A stretch of DNA of 64,000 nt from the IMG/VR virus record IMGVR_UViG_3300020358_000003; one strand, 5' to 3'. Every line of letters begins with the position of its first letter. Positions within the stretch are counted from its first letter, which is position 1. Positions 8,100-23,000 of the stretch are shown here, piece by piece. This stretch comes from an uncultured virus (IMG/VR IMGVR_UViG_3300020358_000003) (Duplodnaviria > Heunggongvirae > Uroviricota > Caudoviricetes). The translations under genes and the position numbers were made by a program. Under the pieces are notes generated by a model that had not been told where the DNA came from, did no database searches, and worked only from the letters and a program-made list of their open reading frames with translations.

Positions 8100-11000
8100 A
8101 TGCCAGCAACTATAAGAATAAAACGATCATCAAATGTTGATACCCCATCAAATCTTAAAGTAGGTGAAATAGCGTATTCATATGCTGAAACATCCAAAAA
8201 ACTTTTTATTGGTATAGGGCCAGAAATAAATGTCACTGGTGATGCATCCAGAATTGCTACGATTGGTGGTGAATATTTTACATCACTTTTTCCAGATAAT
8301 CCAGGAATAGCACAAGATGGTAGACTAGTATTACTAGATGACAGTCGCGGATTAGATTATCTAAAACTCCAAAGTCTTGTTGGCGATTCTGGTAGTTTTA
8401 ATAATCTAAGTGTTGACAGTGCATATATTCGTTTTTTCAATGCAGACAGTGCGGTTATAAAAGGGCTTATTTCTGATTCCGCGCACATTACATTTTTGGA
8501 GGCAGACAGTGCCTATATTCATGATCTTCGTGTTGATTCTGCTTATATACAATTTGCCGACATTGACAGTTCCCATATTGACAACTTGCGTGTTGATAGT
8601 GCTTATATACGTCATTTTGATATGGATAGTGGACACATTGATAATGTTTCTATCGATTCTGCTTATGTCAAATTTATGGATGTTGATAGTGGTCATGTTG
8701 ATAATCTAACTGTAGATAGCGCGTATATTAAATATGCTGATATTGATAGTGGGCATATTGATAATGTAACGATTGACTCAGCATACATTAAATATGCTGA
8801 TATTGACAGTGGGCATATTGATAATGTATCTATTGACAGCGCGTACATTAAATATATGGATGTTGATAGTGGACACATTGATAATGTAACGATTGACAGC
8901 GCATACATTAAATATGCTGATATTGACAGTGCATATATCAATGATGTAACGATTGACAGTGCATATATTAAATACGCTCTTATTGATCATACTGATATTG
9001 ATAGTGCAGATATAGGTCAAGTAGATATTGATAGTGCTTATATTTCTAGAGCAGATATTGACAGTGGTTACGTTGGACAACTTATGTCCGACTCTGCAAG
9101 AATTACATACGCTCATATTGAAACATCATATCAACCATTGATCACTGGTCCATCAGAAATCGTTATTGATCCTGCTGGTATTGGTGATAATACTGGTCGC
9201 GTTCTTATCAAGGGCGATTTACAAGTTGATGGTATTCAAACTATTATTAACTCAACAACAGTTTCTGTAAATGATAAGAATATCATTTTAGCAGACGAAG
9301 CACTGGATAGTGCTGCTGCTGATGGTGCTGGTATTACTGTTTTCAGTAATAGAAGTTACAATGACCCAGTTCACGGTAGAGGAAGTTTTACTTATCAAGC
9401 AGATGCATCTGGTTTTCAAGGGCAAGTTAGCCCAGCACCTGGATTGTGGAAATCTAGTCTGCCTATGGAAATCGCTGGTGGGTTGCATATTGGTGGGAAA
9501 TTAAGTGGTGTTGATAGCGCACACATAGCGCGTATTAGCGGTTCTTCAATTTTATATGATTCTGGGCGTATTGGACAGTTTGTTTCTGACAGCGCAATGA
9601 TTTCTGAACTTGAGGGCTTGAGGGCCGTATATTCTCTTGGATATTTTGATAAAATTTTTGTTGATAGCATATATTCACTTCAACTTACACCTCATGGTAT
9701 TCTTACTTCTGAACCGGGACAAGGTAGACTTGTAAATGATGATGGGTTTATAAGAACACAAAATCGTACATGGCAAGATCATTTGGGGTCATTGGACGGT
9801 ATTCATTTTGGCAAAGAAACTGTTAATGGTAAAGGTCCAGACCCATCAGCAGATTCTTCTTACTATCACTTAACATTAACAAAATCTGGAAATATATTTG
9901 CAGAAGGTTTTAGAATTGGTGGCGATTACCATAAACCTACTGGACAATCAGCGTCACTTACACTTAATTATGGTTCGCAAACTGGAAAAGGCACTTCATA
10001 CGCACACGATTTCTATGGTCTTGAATTAAATGACTCTCAACTAACATCCACGCTACAGAAAAATGTTTTCAAATCTGATTATAGTTTTGATAGTGCAACA
10101 ATTGGTGGTGGTGTTCACGCAGTTCTTTACGATAGTGTGGGTAATCCAGGAAGTAGTCTTATTTCTTTAAAAGGTGCTTTAGATAGTAATTTAATATCAT
10201 TTCACAAAGATGGTTCTATTGATTTCTATGGAGATATGTATAGAAAAGGTGAAAAATTCATTGGTGGTGGCATTTTCCAAAAGCAATTTCTTCCTTATGA
10301 TGTTAATGATGTTTTCTATTTACCTACCATAAGAGAACCTGGAGTTACTGACGTATTTCAAATCGGAGCCAGAATTGGTATTGGTACTAATAGACCAGCA
10401 CATGCATTTGATTTCAGAACAGATACCACTCTTATAGGTAATCTTTTTCAAGTATCTGGAAGATTAAATACATCAGCACAATATTATGCTTTAAATACTG
10501 TGGGGGGTGGAAGTCCAAGTATAAATGATCAATATCAAATTGTTGTAGATTTAGATAGTGATAAATCCAGAATGATGTTTGATCCTGCTAAAGCAAGATT
10601 TAGGGCTGGATATTTCGTAACAGGCGCAATTAAAAATACTGAAATGGGTACTTATTCCACAGCATTTGGTAAAAATACCATTGCTAAAGGAACTGCTTCA
10701 TATGCTCAAGGAGATTCTTCTGAAACGTATGCGGATGGTTCATTTGTTTCTGGAACTAAGTCAATTATTAATGCTGGTGCTACAACTAGTATTGCGATTG
10801 GTAAAGAAAATATTGTTAGTGCCAATGCATTAACCAGTATTGCTTTTGGTGAAGGTAATCAAATAACATCATCGCAAGGAATTGCGATTGGTAAGGCTAA
10901 TACAGGAGTTGGTGATAAATCAATTTCTATTGGTGACACTCAAGTTACAAGTGGTGCTGGTGCAGTCGCGATTGGTATAGGAAATCAAATAACAGGCAGT

Positions 11001-14000
11001 GCATCAATTGCTATAGGTGGTACAAGTGCTGCTGGAAATACGGTTTCGGCAACCAATTCAGTAGCACTTGGGTTTTCACATAATATTGCAGGTTCCTATA
11101 ACTTTGCATTCGGTGAAGGTATAACTTTTCCTAGTACGGCGCAAGGTTCTTTTGCTTTTGGTAAAAATGTTAATGTTGGTGGTGACCGCTCTATTGGTAT
11201 TAACTTAGGTGCTGGTGCGGCTGGTACTGTTGGAGAATTTTTACCACTCTCAAATATTCATGATAACTTTATGTCTATTCAAGGTGGTAATGTTACAATT
11301 GGTAGTGATTCTGATTTAACAAAAATGGCAGTACCTGTTTCAAGTGGAGTTGGTAATCTTTATGTAACTGGTGATCTTATCTATAGCGGAGAAAACCTTA
11401 AATTACTAGCAGATGGGACACTACTACAAAATTCACCATGGAGTGATAACGGACTTCAAATCACATACACAAATGGTAATAAGCCTATTGGTATGCATGT
11501 CGCGGTTCCAAACGTACCTGTGGAAGCGGAAGGAAATCGTGGATTTATCTTTAGAGGAACTTATAGTGGATCATATACAAGTAAAATAGGTCAGGGTGAG
11601 CCATTCTTTGATTCTTCCGATACTACTAAAGCACTTTCTAGTTTTAGTAATGTTTCTTCAAATGTTGCTCTTATGGCATACTATCCTTTGGGTGATGTAT
11701 TTAGAGTTGGTCAAATTAATGCAAATGCTGATCATAGAAATGATACTATTGGCGCACATTCTATTGGTATGGGGTACTTTAATAGAGTTGATGGAGACTA
11801 TGGAGTTGTTCTTGGTGGTGATCAGAGTAGAGTTGATGGAAACTATAGTGTTGCTATTGGCGGTAGATATTTAAAAGCGGATGGACAATATGCTACAAAT
11901 ATTGGTGGTTATACCAATTCTACTGGTAATAGGACTAATGTAACTGGAGACTATAGTAGTAACTTTGGTGGATCATATGCATTAATTGTTGGTGGAACAT
12001 ATAACACAAATGTTGGTGGTTACCAAAACAATATGCTTGGTAACTATAATATTATAGCAGGTGGTTATATTAATGAAACGACTGCTGATGCAGAGTGGGG
12101 TGCGATTGTTGGTGGTCAACATAATGATCTTGCTGGTGATATTGGTGTTATAATAGGTGGATATAATAATGATATCACATCAACATCAACAACATCTGGA
12201 ATTTTCTCATCATATTCAAGTGAAATAAGTGGTGATCATGGTGTAATTGTTGGTGGTCAAAATGTCACCATTTCTTCTGGTGCGAGTACGTCAGGTAATG
12301 CCAGTTTAGGTGGATACGACATTAACATTAGTGGAGAAAATAATGTTAGTGTTGGTGGTTACTCAAATACTTTGACGGGTGGACGTTGGAACACAACTGT
12401 TGGTGGTCGCGAACTACAAATTACTGCAAATGCCAACTATTCTATAAATCTGGGTGGATATAATAATGATATTGATGCTTCCAACAGTGCAAATATTGCA
12501 GGTAGGAATACCGATATTGGCACAAATGCCAACTATTCAGTAAATGTTGGTGGATATAATACCCATCTTGACGCAGAATATTCGGTAAATATTGGTGGTT
12601 ATAATACTGATATTGGAGATGTATCTGGAAATCTAAGCACTAGTTATTCTATTAATATTGGTGGTTATGGTAATAAAATAGGAAGTAGTGCCAGAACCGT
12701 TGCGAATTCTGTTGTAATTGGTGGTGCAAGTGGTAATCCAAATGAAATGCGATCAACTAATTCGTATTTTGTGGGTGAAGGAAATAAAGACTCTGCTACT
12801 GCACATACAACATACAATAATCACTTTTCGGGACACTCTTCTTATAATGTTTACGGTGTTGGATCATTAGGAACACAATCAAAAAATTATTGGATTGGTT
12901 TTAATAATACTGTTGCTGGTGGAAGTACTGGTTATGTAAATGTTACTCCTGCAACTAATGTTTCAGAAAATTTCATTTTTGGTCAAAACAATAAGATACA
13001 TACCACAAATGGTAAAGGAAACTTTATTATTGGTAGAGATGTTACTCTTACTGGAAATCAAGAAAATCAAATTATTTTAAATAACCCTGATTCAGCACTT
13101 GATATATTTATGGATAATACAAAAGTTGCTATTGGTAAACATACTGCTGAATATGCCTTAGATATTAGAGGTACGCTTAATATTGGTGGCAGCAAAGTAA
13201 ACGGTGTAAATCAAGTAGGTGGTGATAGTTATATAGCATCAATTCTTATTAATGATCAAGATATTAGAGATTATGTTGCTGGAGTTGATCCTTCAAATAA
13301 ACAAATAGAAATTGAACAAGCTGCTGTACCGTTACCAACAGCAACTGTTGTAAATATTACACAATCTAATCCGGGTATTGTTATCATAAGAAATACAAAT
13401 GGTATTTTGACTGATGGTAAAACTGTTGAATTTAATTTACCAAGTTTAACTAATATAGGACAATTCTTAAATGATTCTATATTTGCGATAAAAAATATTG
13501 TTGGTGGGATAGGCGATAGTTTTGAATTATATGATGGTGCGACATTTGCTGATGTAGCCACTCGCGTAGGTGTCAATACATCAAAAGGGACAACTCGCAA
13601 TAAAGGAGCAGCAGGAAATATTACATTAGGTAGTACTGTTCCATATGTTTATGGTAATACTGGAACACAGTATGATTCAGCACAATTTGATTCTTCTGGT
13701 ACGGCAGAGAATGGCGTACCAACTGCTGAAATAGTCTTTGGGCAATACGTATCGTTAAAAGCACTTCCGATTGTTGCTGGTGGTGCTGGTACTATAGCAC
13801 CAAAAAGATTTAAATCTAGTGTAATTATAGATAGTGATCTTATCGTTCAAGGTACGGTAACACTTAATGATTCTGTAGGTATCGGTAAAGATTTAGTTGT
13901 AGGTGGTAATCTTGATGTTTCTACTGGATATTTAAGAACTGGTGGATATTTAGATGTAAATACTCATGGTAAATTTGGAGATTCTGTTACTGTAGGAACA

Positions 14001-17000
14001 AAGTTAAATGTAAACGGAATATCATCTTTCAATGGTACGTCAACTTTTGGCAAAAATGTGGTAATGGATAGCAATTTAACAGTTGCTGGTGCAGTAACAC
14101 TTTCTGGTGGAATAAAAACTGCGACAACATTTGTATCAACAGATAGTATGCAGATTGGTGGACGTTTAAGTGGTGTCGCGAATTTGGAAATGGCTGGTGC
14201 AATAGGAACCGTTACCACCTATAAAGGCACCGATAGTATGCAAATCGGTGGACGTTTACATGGCGTTACCAGTTTGACTATGGCTGGGCCACTCAAAACA
14301 GTCACCACCTATAAAGGCACTGATAGTATGCAGATTGGTGGACGTTTACATGGCGTTGGCAGTTTGGAAATGGCTGGTTCGTTGGGTACTGTTACCACCT
14401 ATAAAGGCACCGATAGTATGCAAATCGGTGGTCGTTTAAGTGGCGTTGGTAGTTTGGAAATGGCTGGGTCAATAGGAACCGTTACCACCTATAAAGGCAC
14501 CGATAGTATGCAAATCGGTGGACGTTTAAGTGGCGTTGGCAGTTTGGAAATGGCTGGTTCGTTGGGTACTGTTACTACCTATAAGGGTACGGACAGTATG
14601 CAGATTGGTGGACGTTTAAGTGGCGTTGGCAGTTTGGAAATGGCTGGATCAATAGCGACTGTTACTACATTCAAATCAACAGACAGTATGACTATTGGTG
14701 GTGATTTAACTGTTGCTGGCGCAGTTTCTGGGGTAACATCTTTAACTGCTTCTGGTCCAATTACATTTGCTGATAGTATTAGAATTGGTGGATCAGTTCG
14801 TTGGTTAGACAACTCAGTTGATGATAGTTTTTATATTGGTAATTTAAGTTTTGATAGTTATGTTTTACGTCCTAATAGTAAAATTCTTAGTTCTGTCGTA
14901 AGTTATTTTGATACTGACTATGTACAGCAAAGAGTAGATTCATTCAACTCTTGGGTAATTTATCCAGATGCTCTTGTTTATAATCCAAACGATGGACATA
15001 AAACTGTAGCGATAGGTCTTACAAATAACCAAACATGGACGGGTTGGAATCCAGATATTAATGGTGGTGGAAATGCTGCTTACGCTAGTAATCTAAGTAA
15101 AACTGGAACTACCATTGATGATGCTACTGATGATAGTAACCTTACACTTGCTTCCTATAATACCAGACACACTGATTTTAGTAGCGGTGTTGGAGATTCT
15201 ATAGGACTTGATGTTCAAGGTAGAATTAATATCAGGACTACAGATAAAGAAGGTGATGATTATATTAGCAATCCACCGATTGTCTTTAGCGGCGATGGTG
15301 GTGGACAAACTGCTTGGCCCAATAAGGCTTGGTTGCGACAAACTGGTTATATTGATCAACCATATATTAGAAGTAAAATAGATGCTGAGTTCTTGCAAGA
15401 AGCCTTTACAGCGAATTCGACTGCAAGTGAAGAATCAAAAGCGTTCTTTAGAAGTATGCTTGACTCTGCATATATTATTAGTGTTTGGGATTCTGATTAC
15501 TATTGGAAGCACGATAGTTTCAATGCGGTTTACATTGGCGCACCAGGACAACTGTATGATGGAACTCATGCTAGTGGGTTATATTATGACGGTAATATAA
15601 AACTTGCTATTAATAAAAGAGGCGACTCAGCAACTCATAATCTTGATCTTCGCGGTAACGCAAGGTTTGAAAAAAATCTTTTAGTTGAAGATAGTGTGAC
15701 TATTGCTGGAAGTTTAAGTGGTGTAACATCTTTAAATGCTTCTGGTCCAGTTACATTTGCTGATAGTATGACTATTGGTGGTGATTTAACAGTCGCTGGT
15801 GCAGTATCTGGAGTTACCACACTTATCACATCTGATAGTGTATATATTGGTGGTAGTTTACGTGTTGAAAGTGATTTAACCATTGGTGGTGGTTTAACTA
15901 CTATTGGACATTTTAATATTGACTCTTTTGTTAATATTGGTGGTGCTGTTAAAATTGGATCATTTAATGGTAGAGATTCTGGAGATGGTCTTGGTGTTTA
16001 TGATGCTAGTCAAATAAAAGGAAAAAATGGTCTATATGTTGGCGATAGCACTCATTTAAGAGGTGGTCTAAAAGTTCTTGGACATGATAATGTTCTTGAA
16101 GAAGCATATGTATTTACAATTGATAGTAACTATGTACAAGAAAGTCAAACAGTATCTTTGAATAATACTCAAATTCAAAATGCATTTGGACCCAATGATG
16201 CAGATTCTCATATTGTATTATCGTTTACAGATTCTGTAGATTTTAACTTCTTACGAATTACGAGAACTACTTCTGCTGGAGCAACAGTAGTTTTAAACAG
16301 ATTTATTGACTATGATTCATTAGGCAATAGGACTCTCTTTGATTCGTCACAGTATGGTTATGGTTCACCATCTCACAACTTAATGACAAATCAAAATAGA
16401 CTTAAAAATGTTTATATTAAAGAACCATCAGTATTAAATACTGATACACAACTTCATGGGGCAGAACTTGTTGCTCAGAGTGATTCTAATTCTAAACTAT
16501 CAATTATTATTGGTGATAGAATTATCACGGTTGGCGGTACTTCTATTCCAAGAGTCTCCAACATTATTGATGATGCTAATAATTCTCTCGCTATTAATGC
16601 TGGTCTTTCTTTGTTTGGTGTGGTTGATCCAATTGTTAAACTCACAGACTCTATTGGTACAGTAAAAGGTCAATTATTAAAAGACCGCGATTTCACTATT
16701 GTAGATTCATTTGAAATTAGAGTGTTTAGTGATCTTAATGTTGTTCCTGGTTTATTCCCATCTGCTTATGGTGTAACAGATTCAGCGAGTATGATTCTTG
16801 GTGATAAAATCACAATTCAAGATAGAACTCCTACACTTACAAGCAGAACAGAAATTGTCGGTCCAACAAATTTATTTGGTCATGTTACTCTTGGTAATGA
16901 AGCCATGGCACATGCTGCTTATCCAGGATATCCTCATACTGGTTCTAGACTAACAACTCATGATAGTTTTGTCGTTAAGGGTGGGATGCACTTTGAGAGT

Positions 17001-20000
17001 AGTGGTGATCCAGTAGTAAGAAACAGAATTCAATTTGACGGTGATGTTCATGTTGACTCTGGAAAAGTTTGGTTTTTTGGTCCTAAGAAAACAGTCTCGC
17101 ATAAAGTACCAGCCTCATTAATTGATGCAACTCAAGATGGGTATGGTCATTATCAAAATATTAATCCAGCAACCACATTTGATTCTAATCTTATAGTTGG
17201 TATGGATTCTCACATTGTTCAAAATGTTAAGGCAACTACTGATCCAATTGATCTAAATGCAACTCGTTTAACAGTAAATAATTTATCAATCAGAGATGGT
17301 TCAGTATTCTTATATGGACCTTTGAGAACAAGATCACATTTGAAACAAGATAGTGACGGTATAGGTGGGCTATTAGGCAAAGTAGAGTCTGATGGTAGTT
17401 ATAATGGAACAATTACAGGAATTCAACGCTATATTGATTCGCAATATCAAGTTACTTTGGATTCCCATGTTGTTGATATTTTACAAAATCCACCACTACC
17501 AGTATTAAACTTTCTGAAGCCTGTGACATTCTCAAAACCTGTTATAATGCAAGACAGTTTAACTGTCCAATTTGTAAATGCTGATTCAGCATCAATTGAT
17601 CAGTTAGTTTCTGATAGTGCTTATATTAAGTACGTCAGAATTGATAGTTCCTATATCAGTCAATTAATTGTTGACAGTTCCAGAATTGGGCATTTGATAG
17701 TAACTGATAGTGCTACGATTAAACAATTTACTTCAGACAGTGCTAGAATTAGTCAATTAGATGCTGATAGTGCTTATATAAAAATTCTGAAAGCAGACCA
17801 AATTTTAGACACATATATTAGCCAATTAATTGTTGATAGTGCTAACATTGGTCAATTAGATGTTGATAGTGCTTATATTAAACAACTAAAATGGGATGTG
17901 GTTGATAGTGCTTATATCAAATACGCCCAAATTGATGACGCTTACATTAGCCAATTACTTGTTGATAGTGCTAGAATTAGTCAATTAGATGCTGATAGTG
18001 CATATATCAAAACTGCTAAAATTGATAGTTCTTATCAAACTTTGATTAGAGGACCAAGTGAAATCACTATTGATCCACTTGATGTTGGAACTAACACTGG
18101 CAAAATTCATGTCAAAGGAAGTTTTGAACTTACTAATGGCGACTTTACTCTTGATTCAATGTCACGTATGTTTGTTGGGGAGCCAATAGACTTCTACAAA
18201 TATGAATCCGATGGTTCTGGTAATAGAACAACATTTGGAGAAAATGTTCTTAATCCTAATCATGAAAATCACAAATATCAACGCTTTCAACATTTCTTTG
18301 ATCGGTCATCAAATCATTTCCAGACATTTGATAATACAAAAGTTGATGCTGGTAATGTAGTTTTCAAATATGAATCCGATGGTTCTCCTGTCGTTGGTGG
18401 TAAAGGATTTACCACACCAAATGGTAATTTGCACCATATATTAGTGGATAGTTTTGATGTAGTAAATGTTGATAAGTCTTTAAACATTTTCCGAAAAACT
18501 CATAGACTTGATCTTGATTCACATATTGGTAGAATCGTTGATTCAGATTATGTCGGTATAAGACTTCAAACTCCTTGGAAGATTGAAAATGTGTCCCTTG
18601 GGGTTCAAAAGAAAATCTTCTATGATGATGAAGGTGCGGTTATTATAGGACCAAAGACCTTATTAACTGGTGATTTAGCAACAAGATTTGTTGTTGACTC
18701 TGGAAATGTAATGTTCTTATCCAATAATTTCCAAAGTGGTATTTCTACTGGCGCAGGTGGTGCTGGCATTGCAGATAATGACGTTAGTACTGTTATTCGT
18801 GGAAATGTTCCTAATAAGGGCGCAGAAGCAAGATTTATGTGGATACCACAGAGAGGTGCGCTCAGAATAGGCGCATTAGATCAAGCAGGAGCGAGTGATT
18901 ATTGGGAAGATAGTGAAGTAGGATATCAGTCTATTGCAATAGGTAATAACACTAAGGCATCACATTTCTCAACAGCATTAGGTTTTAACGTACAAGTTGG
19001 TGAAGTCAAAAAATCTGCGATAACAGCATCTAAAAATAACAATAACAGTGTTGCTTTTGGTCAAGGTATTGATATGCCCCAGCGCAACAGTGTTGCTATG
19101 GGTATTGGTATTATTACAAGACCTACTAGTAATACTAGCGGCACTCCAGTTCCAAATAATTCATTCATCTATAACAAAGAACAAATTGTATCACTCGGAT
19201 CAAAAATTAACTCAGCGGGTTCTTTCAATACTTCATTAGGAAATAGAATAACAATTGGGTTCAATACTGGAATTGCGAATGATCAAGGCCAATTCCCATT
19301 CATGAACCCAAATACTTCTAACAATGTTACAGCAATAGGTAGAGACTTACTTGCTTATAGAACATCTGATAGATCATTAATGATTGGTGCTAACAGTGTA
19401 GTTAAAAAAGAAGATACAACTTCAATTGGTAATAATAATCAATTAGATAAGCAATATACAATTGCTATTGGTAATGATAATTTATTACAAAAAGAAGATG
19501 CTCTCGCCATAGGCCAAAATATTATAATGAGAAGTCGCGCACAAGGTGCGGTTGGTGTTGGTAAAGAAGTTAGTGTGCATGGGAAAAATGCTGTTGCGAT
19601 GGGTAGAAATGTTCATGTGACAAGTGGTACTGGTGCGGTTGCTATTGGCGCAGACGGTAAAGTAACTGGTACTGGTGGTGTTTTTGTTGGATCACAAGGT
19701 ACTGCATCACAAAAATCAGTCGCGGTTGGTAGTTCTGTTTTTGCTGGTAATCATGGCGTAGCAATTGGTAAAAATGTTAGAAGTCACGGTTCACAAGGAT
19801 CAATAGCATTAGGATATAATGCTTATTCTGGTAGCGGTGGTTTTGCCATTGGTAATAATGTGGTTGGTAAGACAGGCGCAGTTATGGTTGGTCAAGGTAA
19901 TAGTGGAGCCAACTATAGTACTATTTTCGGTCTTAATAGCACATCTAAAACTGGTGGTGTTGCAATTGGTAGTTACGTTCAAAATACAGGTAATTATGCT

Positions 20001-23000
20001 GTTGCTATGGGCCGTTCAGTACAAGCGGCGGCTGCAACTGCTGCTATGGGTATATATGTAAAAACTTTAGGTGCAAGATCGGTTGCAATAGGTGGTGGTA
20101 CTTCAGCATTACCCAATGTTGCAAGGCAAGATGCAGTATCTATTGGTTACTCAAACGATGCTGGAAGCAAATCTGTAGTTATTGGTAAAAATAATACAAT
20201 GGGTGCTGGAACAAGTTCTATTCCAGGCATTACTGTTGGAACTGACAACACAAATAACTCTAAAGCAAATATTTACGGTTCTAATAACTCAGGTAATAGT
20301 TATGTTTCTGTATATGGTAGTGGTCAGTCTGGAGCCTCAACTAGCAGCACAAATACTCCTTCAACTGCGATGGTCTATGGTATAGGAAACACTATTACTG
20401 CAAATGGTGGTTTAGCGTTTGGTAAACAGAACATTGTTGAGTTAAATGGTTTAGCATTTGGTTCTTCAAATGATGTTCAAAAAGAAGGTTTAGCATTTGG
20501 TTATGATAACGAGGTAAATCTTGGTAGTGGTAATGGTAATACAACACATTCTATAGCATTTGGTAGAGGTAATACTTCGGACACTGAAGCAATTGCACTT
20601 GGTAGAAATAATGTTGCCACTCATGGTGCTATTGCAATCGGTAATACAGTTACTGCTACTGGGGCCACAGGAAATCAAGGTGGCATTGGTTTAGGTAGAA
20701 ATATTACTGTATACGGTCAAAATGCTTTGGGACTAGGAACCAATATTACAGTCGGTGGTGCAATAAATAGCGCAGCGAACAGTGTTGGTATTGGACTTGG
20801 AACAACAGCAACAACAGTATCAACTGATAATACGCTATCCATTCAAGGTGGTCAAGTTGTAATTGAACAAGATGAAGTTAATATTGTTCCAGCAACTGCT
20901 ACACAATTCAAAAGTGCGGCTGCATATGGTTCCTACGGCGATGGTGGTGACGATGTTGAATGTGAAAAAGTTAATGAAAATGGAAGGGCTGGAACTAAAT
21001 ATGCTCTTGAAGTAAATGGTCCAATCAATGTTAATGGAACTGATGCTGCTGGTAATGAGCATGACTTCTATATGCAAGGTATGAGACTTTACAATTATAT
21101 CAGATATGTTGCAGCGGATAGTGCTTGGATTTTGACGGCGGCTGATCAAGATTATGTTGAAGGTATAATTAATAAAGAATATATCAGAACAACAAGCACT
21201 AACGATACATTCTTCCAAAAAAGTCCAAGTGGTGGTTCGTCACATCTTGTATATAAGGGTGCGAATGATTTTGAGTTTGTTGGTATTAATTTAGATAATA
21301 GTACTGCAACTTTAACTCCTGGTTATTTGAGATATGGGCCAGATGCTAATGGTGTGTTTAAATCTAATGTAAATTATACACTGGATGTTAATGGTAATGT
21401 TAACCTTGAAGGATTAACATATCAAGGTGATGTTATTCTTCCAACTGGTGGACTTGATAGTAACATCTATCTAAATCATTTTACTAATGTTATTAATTAT
21501 CAAATTACACCAGATTCAGCAACTGAATTTTTTGATAGTGCATATGTAGCAGAAAGATACTCTTTTGGTTCTAATCCATCTGGTGCTGACTCTACTGCAA
21601 TCATTGAAATGATTGATAGTGAATTTATTAATCTACTTGTTCGCCCAGTTTGGCCTGATTCTGCCTATATTGATGATAAACTTGATAGTGTTGTTGGTGG
21701 AGATATCATAGCATTTAGAGTTAAGCATATTCTTTCTGCTAAGTATGGTGATTTGACCACTCTTGAAAAGGCTCTTGGTCGCGGTGAAGCCCAATTTACA
21801 AACCCAACTGGCTTTGAGGCCACACATGGTACTAAAGTTGGTATTGGTAAAATATCTTATAGTCATTGGGATTCTAACCCATCAAGACCTGGTATTAGAA
21901 CACAACTTAGAACTAGTGGAGTAACTGGTGTAACTGCTGGACAAGAAGCAATTGAAACATTAGGTCCAACCGTAGGAAGTTTAACTACTGGTATTGGTCT
22001 TGCTGTTGGTGGTAAAGTTGTTATACATGGTACACAAGAACCCATTACAGGCGCAGCGGAACTACCAGCGTTAGAAATCTTCAATGGTCATATTGAAGTA
22101 AACGGTGAAAAATTAGTTCTGGAAACTCCTTGGGATGAAGGTGCATCATACACCACATACAAATCCCCAAGTAAATTTATTGGTGTGGGTAAACTTTCTC
22201 CAAGTTTTCTCTTTGATGTTAATGGAAAAATAAATGCTGATAGCGGTTTCTTTGTTGATGGTACTAATATATCAGAAATTTATGACTCAGATTGGGTAAA
22301 AACCACAGTAACTGAAGATTATGTAAAAACTGAATTGAATATTGATAGTGCTTATATTATGTCAACTCACAAAGCAGTAGGAGATATAATCCCAGCATTA
22401 GATACAGTATATGATTTAGGATCACCTACTGAAAGATTTAGAGATATATATCTAAGTGGAAATTCAATTTCACTTGGAGAAGTCATAATATCCTCTAACG
22501 CAAGTGGTTTGGAACTTTCTGATAGTGCTGGAAATCTTTTAAAGTTTGGTGGAATAGATTCAGATGCGATATCGCATTTCATTGATAGTTCTTATGTCCA
22601 ACTTCGCGCTGACTCTAATTGGATATTCTCAGCGGTTACTCAAGAATATGTAAGATCAAAGGCAGATTCAAATTATATAAAAAGTTTTATTGACAATTCG
22701 TATATATTTAATATTACAGATACAAAATATGATAGTGCGCTCTTCCTTTCGGCAGCGGATTCAGATTATGTAAAAACTGTGGCATCGTCTGATTATGTCT
22801 TAGGTATTGCAGATTCAAATTATGTAAAAACTGTGGCATCGTCTGATTATATCTTAGGTCTTGCAGATTCAAATTATGTAAAAACTTTCATTAATAGTGC
22901 ATATGTCTTAGGAATTGCAGATGCTAATTATCTTAAAGCTAATATAGATTCTTCATATATTAAAGGCTTCATAACTCCTGCATATGTGAAAAATGCTAAT

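Noticed and set aside
8700..14700. Tandem DNA repeats as CRISPR arrays
   Set aside because: Units are 30, 60 or 90 bp, in frame within a CDS, with no unique spacers and no cas genes.
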